Source: Octopus bimaculoides (taxonomy: Eukaryota). From it: DNA of 50,833 bases. The notes under the pieces are model-generated. The model saw only the letters and a list, made by a program, of their open reading frames with translations, was not told the origin of the DNA and ran no database searches. Shown here piece by piece: positions 22,945-35,420 of the stretch; positions within the stretch are counted from its first letter, which is position 1; every line of letters begins with the position of its first letter. The stretch is taken from the NCBI RefSeq assembly GCF_001194135.2, contig NC_068981.1:33108655-33159487 (forward strand). Reading direction: 5' to 3'. The position numbers and the translations under genes are program-made.

Positions 22945-25173
22945 TCTACATACATACATACATACATACATACATACATACTGTTGTGACGCCGCCCCCA
23001 GGCGAAGAAGTAGGATCTCCCAAGACATATAAATAGAGGTAGTCTGGCCATGGTAGAGTGTCGAGTAGCAGTTGAGTAGAGATCATCTGAAGGTGCTAGA
23101 TAGCAATAGCTTGAGATAACACAGACATACATACACACACACACACATGCTCACACATACAGACATGCATACATACATACATATCATCATCATCATCATT
23201 TAACATCCATTTCTCAATGCTAGCATGAATTGGACAGTTTCACAGGGTCCATTGAGCTGCAAGGCTTTCCCAAACTTTGAGGTCAGCTTTGGCATGGCTT
23301 CTATGGACGGAGCCCTTCCTAATGCCCATCACCTTGCAGTGTCTACTGGATGCTATGTGTGTGTGTGGGGGGGGGTGCCACCAGTACTACTGAAGTTGAC
23401 AAGAAACTTACAAGACAGAAAAGAACAGAGAAAAACTGAAAAGAAAAAGCTCCAGCTACTAAGAGTGTGTGTGTGTGTGTGAGTATGTACATGTGTGTGT
23501 TTGTGGTGTGGAGTGAGTAGTATTTGAAAGGAGGAGGTAGCTTATGTCAGGTGTTGAAAAAGCAAATACATAATCATTAACTTTTATGTGTTTTTGATAG
23601 TCTTTGTTTCTAGGGATACATATTATTAACTTATCAAATGATATGCAACATATTAAGTAAATCCAAAGATCGTGACATGAACTTCTGATACCGATTTAAC
23701 ATCACGTTCTTCTTGATGGAACTAAAAAAAGAGTATTAATTTGAACTAGAATTAGTATCATTAAAATAACATGAGCTGATTTTTTATCTTTTATTTTTTA
23801 CTTGTTTTATTTGTTAGACTGCAGCCATGCTGGAGCACCACCATAAGGAATTTTAGTCACATGAATCAACCCCAGTACTTTTTTTTTAAGCCTAGTACGT
23901 ATTCTATCCATCTCTTTTGTTGAACCACTGAGTTACAGGGTTGTAAACAAACCAGTACCAGTCGTCGTGCTTACATGTGTTAGACGGAATTCATTACGGT
24001 AGATTTTTCCACAGCTGGATGTTCTTCCAGTTGCCAACCTTCACCTGTTTCTAGGTTAGGAAATATTTCCCACAACCAAAACATGTTTTTATGAAAGATA
24101 ACTGGAAACGAACAACATTGTTTCTATGACAACAGTGATGCTCATTCACAATCATGTCAAGACAAGAGAACACTCTCACATACACACACACATATATATC
24201 ACCATCACTTAACATCCATTTTTCATGCTGGCATGGGTTGGATGATTTGACAGGAGCTGACATTGTTCCACCCATGCCAGCATGAAAAGCAGGCGTTAAA
24301 CAATGATGATGATGATGATGATAAGTCAGAGAGCTGCACCAGTCCCCATTCATCTGTTTTGGCATGGTTTCTATGGCTGGATGCCCTTCCTAATGCCAGC
24401 CACTTTACACAGTGTACTGGGTGCTTTTACATGGCACCAGCATGGGTTTTTTATACATGGCACCAGCAGAGGTGCTTTTCATGTGGTGCCAGTATGGTTG
24501 CTTTTAAAGTGGCACCAGCATAAGTGGTGTGTGTGTGTCTCTGTGTGTATGATGGGCTCCTTCCAGTTACTGTCTGTGACATCCATTCACAACGCTTTAG
24601 TCAACCCAAGGCTAAAGTAGAAGACACTTGTCCAAGGTTCCACACAGTGGGATTGAACCTGAAACCACATATTTAAGAAGTAAGCAGCTACACTTGTGCC
24701 TATGAATATATATTCCATGCTTGTGTTTCTACTAGCGACCAAACCTCTCTCAAACCATATCCTACCATTCCCCAAAAAGCCCACAAACATACATAGGAGA
24801 GACACATTGATAATGTAGCCCTAAATAAACTGTCTGGAAATATGATAGGTCTCCTTTATCAAACGCAACAAGATAAACTTTATTCAACATATAAGAAGTA
24901 ATACAGCATAATCACAAAGGATGCATTTTCTTCCATAATAACATGAGGCCATTTACTCAAGATATTTTTCACCTAAAATATGAAAGGTTATCACACTCCC
25001 CTATTGTGCTGACATTTTGTTACCAGATTTATTCTCCGTTCTTATCATTTTTTGACTGAATAAAAAGTAGTCTATTTTAAGAGAACTTCACAAAGAATTT
25101 ATAGAAAGGAATTTATAAAAATTAATCTTATATTTCCTGAAATCATTAAAATAGCAATATTTATTTAGATAAA

Positions 25174-25369
25174 GGCCGCAAGCTGGCAGAAACGTTAGCA
25201 TGCCAGGCGAAATGCTTAGCGGTATTTCGTCTGCTGCTATGTTCTGAGTTCAAATTCTGCCGAGGTCAACTTTGCCTTTCATCCTTTCGGGGTCGATAAA
25301 TTAAGTACCAGGTACGCACTGGGGTCGATGTAATCAACTTAATCTCTTTGTCTGCCCTTGTTTGTCCCC
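25174..25369 (+). mobile_element. SINE family B, running into an N gap
   Basis: GCAAGCTGGCAGAAACGTTAGC...GAGTTCAAATTC (B-box-like)...core. Confidence 0.85.
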
Positions 25370-26439
25370 NNNNNNNNNNNNNNNNNNNNNNNNNNNNNNN
25401 NNNNNNNNNNNNNNNNNNNNNNNNNNNNNNNNNNNNNNNNNNNNNNNNNNNNNNNNNNNNNNNNNNNNNNNNNNNNNNNNNNNNNNNNNNNNNNNNNNNN
25501 NNNNTTTATAGAAAGGAATTTATAAAAATTAATCTTATATTTCCTGAAATCATTAAAATAGCAATATTTATTTAGATAAAGGCCGCAAGCTGGCAGAAAC
25601 GTTAGCATGCCAGGCAAAATGCTTAGCAGCATTTCTTCTGTCTTTATGTTCTGAGTTCGATCTCATCGACTGGGGTCGATCTCATCGACTGCCCCCTGCC
25701 CCAAAGAAAATTTGGAGCTTTGTGCCTATAGAATCTTTATATCTTTTTCTTACTTTTTTTTTTTAATGCTGAAAACAATCAATTATATTGGCCCCAAGTA
25801 GTTATTTTAGGAGCCCCAGAAGGATGAGAGACAAACTTGGCCTCACTGGGATTTGATCTCAAAATGTAAAGGGACATAACAGAATGAAGGAAGTTATTAT
25901 GTTTGCACCCATTCTACCAAATCATTGTCCTTAATATTGGTTTCAAATTTCGGTACAGGACTCGCAATTTTGGGGGATGGAGCAGGTCAATTATATCGAC
26001 CCCAGTACTTGAGAGGTACTTTATTTTATCAACTCCCCCACCCACCAACACACACACCAGAGTGATGAAAGGCAAAGAATGTAAAGAGCTAGAAGACATG
26101 TCACTAAGATTTTGTTCCCAGCATGCTGAGTTCTGACAGCTCACTACCTTAAACATTGCCCACAACATTAAGAACTATACAATTCATTTCCCTTAACGAT
26201 GTATATATATCAATGATCAGGTCGTCCCTCATCAAGTGAGCTTATGATCAAAAGCATTGAAGTTGTGACCATGCCATGATTTTAGCAGACATTGTGTATC
26301 TAGGACTATATTATCAAATGTTTTCCCCTCTTTTTAGAGTAGTAGGATGTTATGTGAAGTAGGTTTAGTTGATATTTCTAGCATGAAAAGTAACCATGTA
26401 ATGTAGAGGATGCTTTATTGGTCCAATACTTTATATAGT

Positions 26440-26564
26440 GTGGAGGCGCAATGGCCCAGTGGTTAGGACAGTGGACTCGCGGTCATAGGATCGCAGTTTC
26501 GATTCCCAGACTGGGCGCTGTGAGTGTTTATCGAGCGAAAACACCTAAAGCTCCACGAGGCTCC
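26440..26564 (+). mobile_element. SINE family D, 5' (tRNA-like) part only
   Basis: Inverted match to 22060-22176; continues into SINE body sequence, so it is not a tRNA gene. Confidence 0.8.
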
Positions 26565-26819
26565 AGCATGAAAAGTGGACATTAAATGATGATCGTCATC
26601 ATCATCATTTCATGTTCACTTTCTAGGCTGGTATGGGTTAGATGGTTCAACACTGTCCAATAAGCAGGAGGATTGTGTTTTGCCCCAATATCTCAATTTT
26701 GGTATACTTTCTACAGCTGTAAACCCTTTCTGTGCCTGTCACTGTACAGCATGCACTGGGTACATGGTGGTTAAATACTTGTCAGTCCTTAAATATATAG
26801 AATGACTTACAAATGATCA

Positions 26820-27130
26820 AAAACAAATATTGGCAACAAACAGCAGCAATCAAGATTGGAAGTTAAATAGGGCAATATGAAAAATAATCAAGAGAGGTGT
26901 AAAACAGGTGCATGTATTATCAACAGAGCTGTTTTTATCATACAGTGAATTAATTATGCAATCTATTGAATATCTGCCAGGCGAAGGACAAAACATCAAT
27001 AGTATGTTATACAAAAGACAAGGTGCCTATAGCAACAAAGAGAAAGATCTACAAACATTTGTTAGTGTTATTAACGATGAGAGTGAATAGAAAGGTCTAG
27101 TTCTCAACAAAGAAAAAAAAAAGGTAATCT
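26820..27130 (+). mobile_element. Decayed RTE-clade RT core fragment
   Basis: YWQQTAAIKIG...KRGVKQVHVLSTELFLSYSELIMQSIE..GQNINSMLY resembles IKRGVRQGCVLSPxLFxLYxE...NINNIRYADD; frameshifted, with YADD destroyed. Confidence 0.7.
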
Positions 27131-28714
27131 CAAAAAAAAAAAATTGGCAAAATAAGAATTAGTGGAACAACCTTATATTAAGCTGATAGTTTTAATTATT
27201 TAAGAACCATCATTCAGAGTTCAAATGCTGCCAATGTATCAGAAGATAGGTGGATTTGGTGAGGGTCTTCTATGAGATGTTCAGCCTGTTAGAAATAGCA
27301 GCCAAATCTCTCAATTCACATCTTAACTGATTAGAAAAAGATATACACATTTGATAATGTAGTCCAAGATGTGTTATGTCTAGAAAGAAAAGCAGATGCT
27401 CAGGTCTGAGTTTCCTTTCATTATAGGTCTTCTCAATTAAGGCTAAACAACAACGATAACCTTTGTTATAAAGAATTGCTTTTTTTTTTCTTTTGTGTGT
27501 GAAGAGATAACTGTATGGAGTGTGTATGTTAGGCAAACTGTGTGGAGTGTGAGTAGAAGGTACACAGTATGAGTATGTTTGTGAAAAGCAAACTGTATGA
27601 AGTGTGAGTGTGTGTAAAAGTAAATCATCATCATCGTTTAACATCTGCTTTCCATGCTAGCATGGGTTGGACGATTTGACTGAGGACTGGCGAACCAGAT
27701 GGCTGCACCAGGCTCCAATCTGATCTGGCAGAGTTTCTACAGCTGGATGCCCTTCCTAACACAAACCACTCCGAGAATGTAGTGGGTGCTTTTACATGCC
27801 ACCGGCACGAGGGCCAGTCTGGTGGTACTGGCAACAGGCAGCAAGCTGGCAGAATCCTTAGCAAGCCATGGAAAATGCTTAGTGGCATTTCGTCTGTCTT
27901 TACATTCTGAGTTCAAACTTCGCCAAGGTCAGCTTTATCTTTCATGCTTTCAAGGATTATGAAATAAATATCAATCACGCACTGGGATCAATGTAATCAA
28001 CTAGCCCCATTCCACAAAATTTCAGGCCTTGTGCCTATAGTAAAGGAATTACAAATTCATTTATATTCATATTAATATTTATACTCATGAAATCTGTATT
28101 CCATGGAGTGTTGAAACACAGGTTAACTAAAGAATTACAAGTAATTTCTCAAATCCCACTCTTCAATGTAATATATATGTGTGTGTGTGTGTGTGTTTTC
28201 ATCATCTGACACAAGATCACCTCCTCCAATTCCCCTGCCCCTCTCAAAGGATTTTTGCCATGCAAGTTACTTGGTGACCCTGCCAGTGCAGGAGCCACTT
28301 AAAAAGCATCCAGTTCACACAGTAAAGTGGTTGGCATTTGGAAGGGCATTCAGCTGTAAAAACCTTGCCAAAACTAACCTTGCCTGTGCTTGTACCACAT
28401 AAAAAGCACTCAGACCACTCTACTGGGTGGTTGGTGTTAGGAAGGGCATCCAGCTGTAAAAATCCTGCCAAAACAGTCACAGAAGTCTGGTGCAGTCTTC
28501 TGCCTGGCCAGCTCCCATCAAACTGTCCAACCCATGCCAGCATGGAAGGTGGACGTTAAATGGCGATGGTGATGTTTTGCTTAGACATAGTGATACTAAT
28601 AACCTGGTGTGAGAACTCAGTATACACGTGCTTCAGAGACAAGCTGTAGTTAAGTACAAAACATAATAAAAGGTTACATAAACGACATGAGAGCAAGAAA
28701 TTATGTAATGAATT

Positions 28715-28877
28715 TCATTAGCTTACAGCTGTTTCTGTTATAAGATGCAATCAGCTTATAGTTGAGTACCACCTTATAACTTCCTTGAAGCTCCAACAAA
28801 GCTATAAGGTGATACATAAATGCTCAACTGTGAGTGCACCACTGCATCCTATGAAAGAAACAGCTGTAAGCTAATGA
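28715..28877. repeat. Palindromic hairpin element (~163 nt)
   Basis: A perfect 21-bp terminal IR (TCATTAGCTTACAGCTGTTTC / GAAACAGCTGTAAGCTAATGA) plus inner arms GTTGAG/CTCAAC and CACCTTATA/TATAAGGTG. Confidence 0.8.
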
Positions 28878-29274
28878 CACTTCTGCATCTTCACATGAGA
28901 ATGTCTACACAAAGAAAAAAACATTGATATTATGTTTACATTCCCTCTGAGTATTATATTTTGATGCCCTGCACTTTCAAAGTCTAGTGTAATTAAAAGA
29001 ATCCTTTACTTGAAAACAGAATTGACACTAAGAAGGCATCCAACCATGAAATACTGCCTGAAATATGTATCCCTCCATCCCATTTCAGCAGGGAAAAAAG
29101 GACATAAAAACAAAGTCATTCCTGTTTATACATGAAACTATATCCTACAATCTCTCTAGTCATTCTGAAATCTGATAATACAGTTAAGCTATGCTTCACT
29201 GAAGAGGACTAGTATGAGTGAAACACATCAAGAGTTATCTACCATTGAAGATCAGACTCATTCCCCAATGCATT

Positions 29275-29471
29275 CTTTTACTTTTTACTTATTTCAGTCA
29301 ATGGACAGCAGTTTATGCTATGGCACTACCTTGAAGGGTTGATTTGAATACATTGACCTCATTAGTTTGGCACTTATTTTGTTGATCTCTTTTGCCTAAC
29401 AGCTAAGTTATGGAGAGATAAACAAACCAACTCTGGTTGTCAAGCAGTGATGAGGGACAAGCACAAACATG

Positions 29472-29503
<32 letters not shown>

Positions 29504-30035
29504 ACTCTTTTACTTGTTTCAGTCTTTTGACTGTGGCCATGCTGGAGCACCGCCTTTAGTCGAGCAAATCGACCCCAGGACTTATTCTTTGGAAGCCTAG
29601 TACTTATTCTTTCGGTCTCTTTTTGCCGAACCGCTAAGTTACAGGGACATAAACACACCAGCATCGGTTGTCAAGCGATGTTGGGGGGACAAACACATAC
29701 ACACATACATATATATATACATATATACGACAGGTTTCTTTCAGTTTCCGTCTACCAAATCCACTCACAAGGCATTGGTCGGCCCAAGGCTATAGTAGAA
29801 GACACTTGCCCAAGATGCCACGCAGTGGGACTGAACCCGGGACCATGTGGTTGGTAAGCAAGCTACTTACCACACAGCCACTCACTTCCTCTTAGCTTCC
29901 TTCTATCAAATTCATTCACAAGACATTGGTTGCCCCAGGGTATATTAGAAGACACACAAGGTGCCAAAGAAGTGGGACTGAGCTAAAAACCACTTGGTTG
30001 CAATGCAAGCTTCTTAACCACATAGCCATGCCTGC
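29275..30035 (-). mobile_element. Nested SINE family A: a young copy (29505-29885) inside an older diverged copy in the same orientation
   Basis: The degenerate tail (29275-29470) and degenerate head (29890-30035) are separated by a well-conserved complete copy that starts after the (TA)n at ~29505. Confidence 0.75.
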
Positions 30036-30081
30036 AATTAATTCTAATTAAAGGTCTAGTATAGTCCCCTTGCTCGTTACT

Positions 30082-30309
30082 TTAACCCTTTAGCATTTAA
30101 ACCAGCCATATCTGCCAAAAGTATTCTGCCTGTTTTATGTTCAAACTGGCCAGATTTGATCTCTCACACCAACCCTACAATACTGTTTTAAAAATTAACA
30201 GCTACCTCATCAAAATCTCATAGCTACAAGATAATGTATGATTAGTTCAAAACAATGTGGATAAAAAAACATTAATTTTGACAGAATAATGCGAACACTA
30301 AAGGGTTAA
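30082..30309. mobile_element. piggyBac-type MITE
   Basis: TTAA at both ends (30082-30085, 30306-30309) with terminal IR CCCTTTAG / CTAAAGGG; 220-bp non-coding body. Confidence 0.8.
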
Positions 30310-30967
30310 TTGACAAATATTTTTTTACTTTCTAGGGCAGTAAGCAAGCAGAATCGCTAACATGGCAGGCAAAATGCTTCACAGAATTTCATCCATCTTT
30401 ATGTTCCACATTCAAATTTTACCAAGGTCAACTTTGATTTCTATTCTTTCAGGGTTAATGACATACACACCTGTTGAGCAGTGGGGTCGATGTAATTGAC
30501 CTACCCACCACCCCAAAATTGATGACCTTGTTCCAAAATTTAAATCCTTATTTCTTGATTTTCTATGCTCTGATACTCGGTTCTTATTTTAACAGTTCCC
30601 AAAACAAAAGACAAAGTTAACTTTGATCGGATTTGAATTCAGAAATGAGAGCAATAAAACTAAGTATTTCTAAGGTCTTTTAAGCCTTAGTGTGTTTGAC
30701 AACCACCATTATGAAATTGTTTCTGACAAGGTCAAAAGGTAAATTTTTCAGGAGATTAATAAAATCAACTGAATTATATTTGCCTCTTTAACAGTGTTTC
30801 GCAAAGTAAGTTCCATGAAAAAATTCTAGGGTTCCACAAGATAATATTTTTATAAAATTTAATGAAAATTCATCTTCTATAAAAAATAGCATTTAGACTA
30901 TATATATATATATATATATATTTACTTGTTTCAGTCATTAGATTGCAGCCATGCTAGGACACCAACT

Positions 30968-31003
<36 letters not shown>

Positions 31004-31849
31004 CATAAATATATAGGGATTAGCAGTATCCTGCTTCTCCAACATACTGAGAATTCAGAAATAGCAGCCAAAGAACTACTGATTCCAAAACTACAAATTT
31101 TTCTCTAATTGATAGCGATATTTATGGTACACACAGAACAAAAAACAGAAGAGAAGAGTAAAAAAACAAACAAAACTAAAGGCAGGTTTGTTTTTNNNNN
31201 NNNNNNNNNNNNNNNNNNNNNNNNNNNNNNNNNNNNNNNNNNNNNNNNNNNNNNNNNNNNNNNNNNNNNNNNNNNNNNNNNNNNNNNNNNNNNNNNNNNN
31301 NNNNNNNNNNNNNNNNNNNNNNNNNNNNNNNNNNTATACATACATATATATAATTTACAGGAAGTTAGTTATATGGCCGGTCATATGTTTGTCTATATGT
31401 TCAGTTATAATAAAAACAATTTTACATTAATCTGATGGGTTACTCTATACTTTTGCAGAGTAACAAATAAAGATTATATATATATATATATATATATAGT
31501 AATTTTTTATGAACAAATTCTCTCAAATTTATTGTCTTTATAAAATTTATTGACAGGGCTTGTGGTGGACGTTAGCCAAGGGTTCAACAACAAAATGGTT
31601 TGGGAATTACAGTTCAATAATATTGATTTCCCACTTAGGTACAAGGTCATACATTTCAGGAGAGGACAATCGATTTAATAGTCACTTGGCTGGTGCTTAA
31701 TTTCATCAACACCCTGAAAGATGATGAATGGTGAAATTGACCTTGGCAAGGATCGAAAACAGAACGTAAAGGGACTAAAATAAACACTGCAGAGCACTTC
31801 TTCCGTTGCCCTACTGTTTCTGTTAAACCACCGTCCTCTGCCCTTTCTC

Positions 31850-33600
31850 TAAATGTTATTTTTGAAGTCATTAAATGAAAATATATAAAAATATAATTAA
31901 AAAAAACTTGGGGTTTGTATAGCATAGAAAACGCTACAAAGCAATAACGAATTCAAACATTAGCAGACGGCCAGAAATTTAGCGTGGGAGAAAAGTTAAC
32001 TGAACCACCCCACTTAAAACTCTTTCCAGCACGCAACAGCATTGATTCTCATCCCTAGAATGATGGAGTTTAAGGCAATGCAACCATAAGTGTCCCAGTC
32101 CGACTAGCTGAGTAGCGTGCAGAGTCTTCTTTTATAATTCTGCCGTCCCACCAGTCTATAAATTGCTTGTGTTAGCAAAGAGTGTAGTGTTCTATTATAA
32201 TTCCATTTTATAAGAATATTAAAATTGAACCAAGTAATTTAACCCTGGTACTCGTTTTAAAGATGTCCAGACGGAGGAAAGACTCAAGAGGGTAGAATGG
32301 CAGCACCGTTAGAGGGTCGGACAAATGACCTGGCAGTATTTAGTTATAGCCTTTTTTACGTTGAGATCAAATTCTGCCACGGTCAACTTTGTCTTTCATC
32401 CTTATGCGCTCGATAAAACAATGTACCAGTTCATATTTCAGTAAAACATCTTAGATGCGAATGGAATTAAGTGGAAGACTAAACACAGGGATTGGGACAC
32501 AGAAGGGAAAATTATGCAGCCATGTATCGCAAAGCGCCTTGACGGGACTACACACCCTAAAATAAATTAAATCAAAATAATATAAATGGCTCGTAACAGA
32601 CGCAAATTTGAGACGTAGGGGACATATCAACTTTGTCATTTCACACAAATTTAACATATTTCACAATAACCGAAAGAACGAACCCCACTTGGTCACTATT
32701 TACTAGAAACAACAGCCAAATCTCACTGAACAACTTACCAGTGTTAAAAGGGGAAAACAAGCTTAGTAATGAAGATCTTGAATAAAAGATGGTCACACCT
32801 TTGATTAGATAGATCTGCTCGATCATGGCTATCCTCGGGCTAACCAACACATTAAAATTACATTGTAGTATCTTTTTATTAAGAAACCGAAAACTCAGGG
32901 AGCTTCTTTCGGTTTGCTTGTATTTTTATTTTATTTTTTGCATTTCATCGAACGATTAAGAAATGTTTTTTGCCTTTTTTTTTTGTTACTTGTAAAATTT
33001 CCGCAAGTAATAATCTACAATTTTTTAAAGAAGCATTTCTTCAATTCGATTAATAAATTTGAAAATGTATGGCTTATTAAAAATATTTCTTAATTATTCT
33101 GAAATGCTTGTTCATGTGTAAGTGCCTAACAATAAAATAGTACATATAATAATAAACAGAATCTTTTTTTAAATTCTCAGACTTTATCTGACACTTTTTT
33201 TTTTGTTAGATCACAAAGAGAGAGAGAGGGAGAGAAAATGATTAATATACAGTGATTAATAGAATGAATGGGTTAGTAATGAAAACATTTACCAAACACA
33301 AAATATTAGTGGAGTAATGTCTATTTGATATATCTTCGCTTTTCTCGATTAAATCTGAAGCTGTATGTATGATTTGGGGAAACTAATAATCCATCAAAAT
33401 GATATTTTGAAATGTAGATACAAGAAATATTCATGTTTTTCTTTCTTTTAAATGTAAAAGATCAAACGTTAGTTAGTATATACAGTGTTAAATAAAATAC
33501 TTTCAGAATTTATATGACACCGGTATCGATCGCGTACACGGTGAAAGTTTAGAAACAGGCCCCCAACTGAATTTGCTATGTATGTTAATTCAGTTTCAAT
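31850..33600. promoter_or_regulatory. CpG-retaining segment; candidate promoter region, possibly for the minus-strand dsRBD-repeat gene and possibly bidirectional
   Basis: About 25 CpGs by eye in 31900-32700, against strong CpG depletion of the unique DNA on either side; an ACTACA-type motif (GACTACACACCC) at 32546-32557. Confidence 0.3.
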
Positions 33601-34249
33601 ATGTTTATTACAGATCCAGAATGTTTAATGCTAGCAACATGGAAACAAAGATAACGAGAAATATAAGATTAGGATAGTGTGTGTGTGTGTGTCAGTTAAT
33701 GACTTGCGATTTAAAAAATGAATTTACTTTAGCAATTAACAAATCAGACAAATCTGGACATGTTGTCTTATCTCGACCTCATAACCTTCCTTATGCCTGC
33801 TGAAGAAGTGAAGGAATCATTAGATTAAAACTGGTTATTAATCCTTGTCCACCTCCTCTGATGTTAAGTTCTCCCAAAAAGTATTCCTAGGAGAAACGGC
33901 TTAGATTGGCTGCATGAGAATTTTTTTATTTTACCCTAGCAATTTTCAAATATTTATATCAATGGTCAAAATATTCTATTTAATGAATATAAAGAACGAC
34001 TATTATAAAATATTTAAGATATCTATGGTACAGTGAGTTCCACCCTTTTCCCGTTTGTCTAGCTATCAGTTATTCATCATCAGCATCATCTTTTAACATC
34101 TGCCTTCCAGGTTGGCATGGGCGGGATGGTTTGACAGGAGCCAGCCAGGTAGAAGCCTGCACCACACTCCTGTGACAGTTTCGACAGGATTTTTACAGCT
34201 GGATGCCCTTCCTAACACCAACCACCCAGTAGAGTGGACTTTGGGTACA

Positions 34250-34640
34250 CAAAATTTAGTTGATAATTGAATAGAAACAACAGCAGGCAAATTTTTTATA
34301 TGGTTTCCATTTATAATAATAAATCTTGGTTGAATATAGTGTTCAATTACTAGAGGTAATGTGGCCTTAGTTCTATCTGGAACATCAAATAATATGTCCA
34401 TTCTTACTGCAGTTTCAAACATTCCTCAAAACCACTACTAACAAAGATTTATCATATTTATATATAATTTACCTGACATGACAATAGAACTGCAAACTTG
34501 ATTTATGTAAACAAGCTGCTAAAAATTGGGAAAGAAGAGAAAAGGAAATCAGTAAATAAACCATGAATATGTTTGTCAGTCGGAGTGATGAGGACCACCT
34601 AATCATCCTTAAGAATGACTGATGACGTGTGTAACGAAGA
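34250..34640 (-). mobile_element. Merlin-like (IS1595/ISXO2-related) transposase remnant
   Basis: W-F-*-GMFETAVRMDILFDVPDRTKATLPLVIEHYIQPRFIIING, with LGGP upstream in another frame, resembles Merlin WVFG...VPDRTxxTLxxxIxxxIxPGTxIxSD; stops and frameshifts present. Confidence 0.55.
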
Positions 34641-35420
34641 TGAGTAAATAAGGAAAATGTAAAAATGATATACAACTTGAGACGAAAATAAACTGGTAAG
34701 CAATGATTGATTCGCCGTTATAAAATACAATGATTGTTATACATGAAGTAGAATAAAATAACTAAGATGTGTGAGAGACTACGTGGTTAAGCTGGATTGT
34801 CAATCTTGTAGACAAAGCTGATGTAATGTTTGGTGGTGTGTAGAGGCAACCATTGGTCTGTTGGTCATGTTGTGTTCATACAACAATGATGTAGGCAAGT
34901 GTCTGGTGGAGGTGAAAGCAGAGACTGGCTGGTGTCAGATACATCGTTGTTCAAGACGAGTTGCGTGTGGTCAGTGATATGCCTAAGACCAAGAGCAGTT
35001 GGGAACTGTTGTTCTTGTAGAAGTCAGTAGGCTCTTAGAGCTGGTGATTAATTTCCCATGTGAGGAACAATGAACTGTTGTACCAACATGATTGGGCGAC
35101 TGGAAACTGACCAATACGAACAAGTACAGTTATTCACAAGGTCATGTGACCTACTGGAACAAAACGGCTTGTGGAGCTGATATCTAGGTATCTAAACCTG
35201 TGGGGATGAACTGGAAGAAGAGGGTCATGACGTCAATGATCAAGGGACTGACCAGAAGAGGAAGCATGAGAAGTGAAGTGAGGGGGAGACAGGATAGGGT
35301 TGTCCTCTTTCCACGGGATAAGGACACCTTCCTTAATCCACTTCTCTACCTCTTCTTCAAACTTCCTCCACTGATCTCAAAGATCACCTCTTCACTTCAC
35401 TCCATGTCAAAATCTACCAC

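Noticed and set aside
23630-23721. Minus-strand exon candidate after a good branch point and acceptor (CTAAT...TTTTTTTAG)
   Set aside because: All three frames hit stops within 30 codons and there is no consensus donor.
26440-26520. tRNA gene
   Set aside because: A and B boxes are present, but the anticodon and acceptor stems are mismatched and the sequence continues into SINE body shared with 21791-22176.
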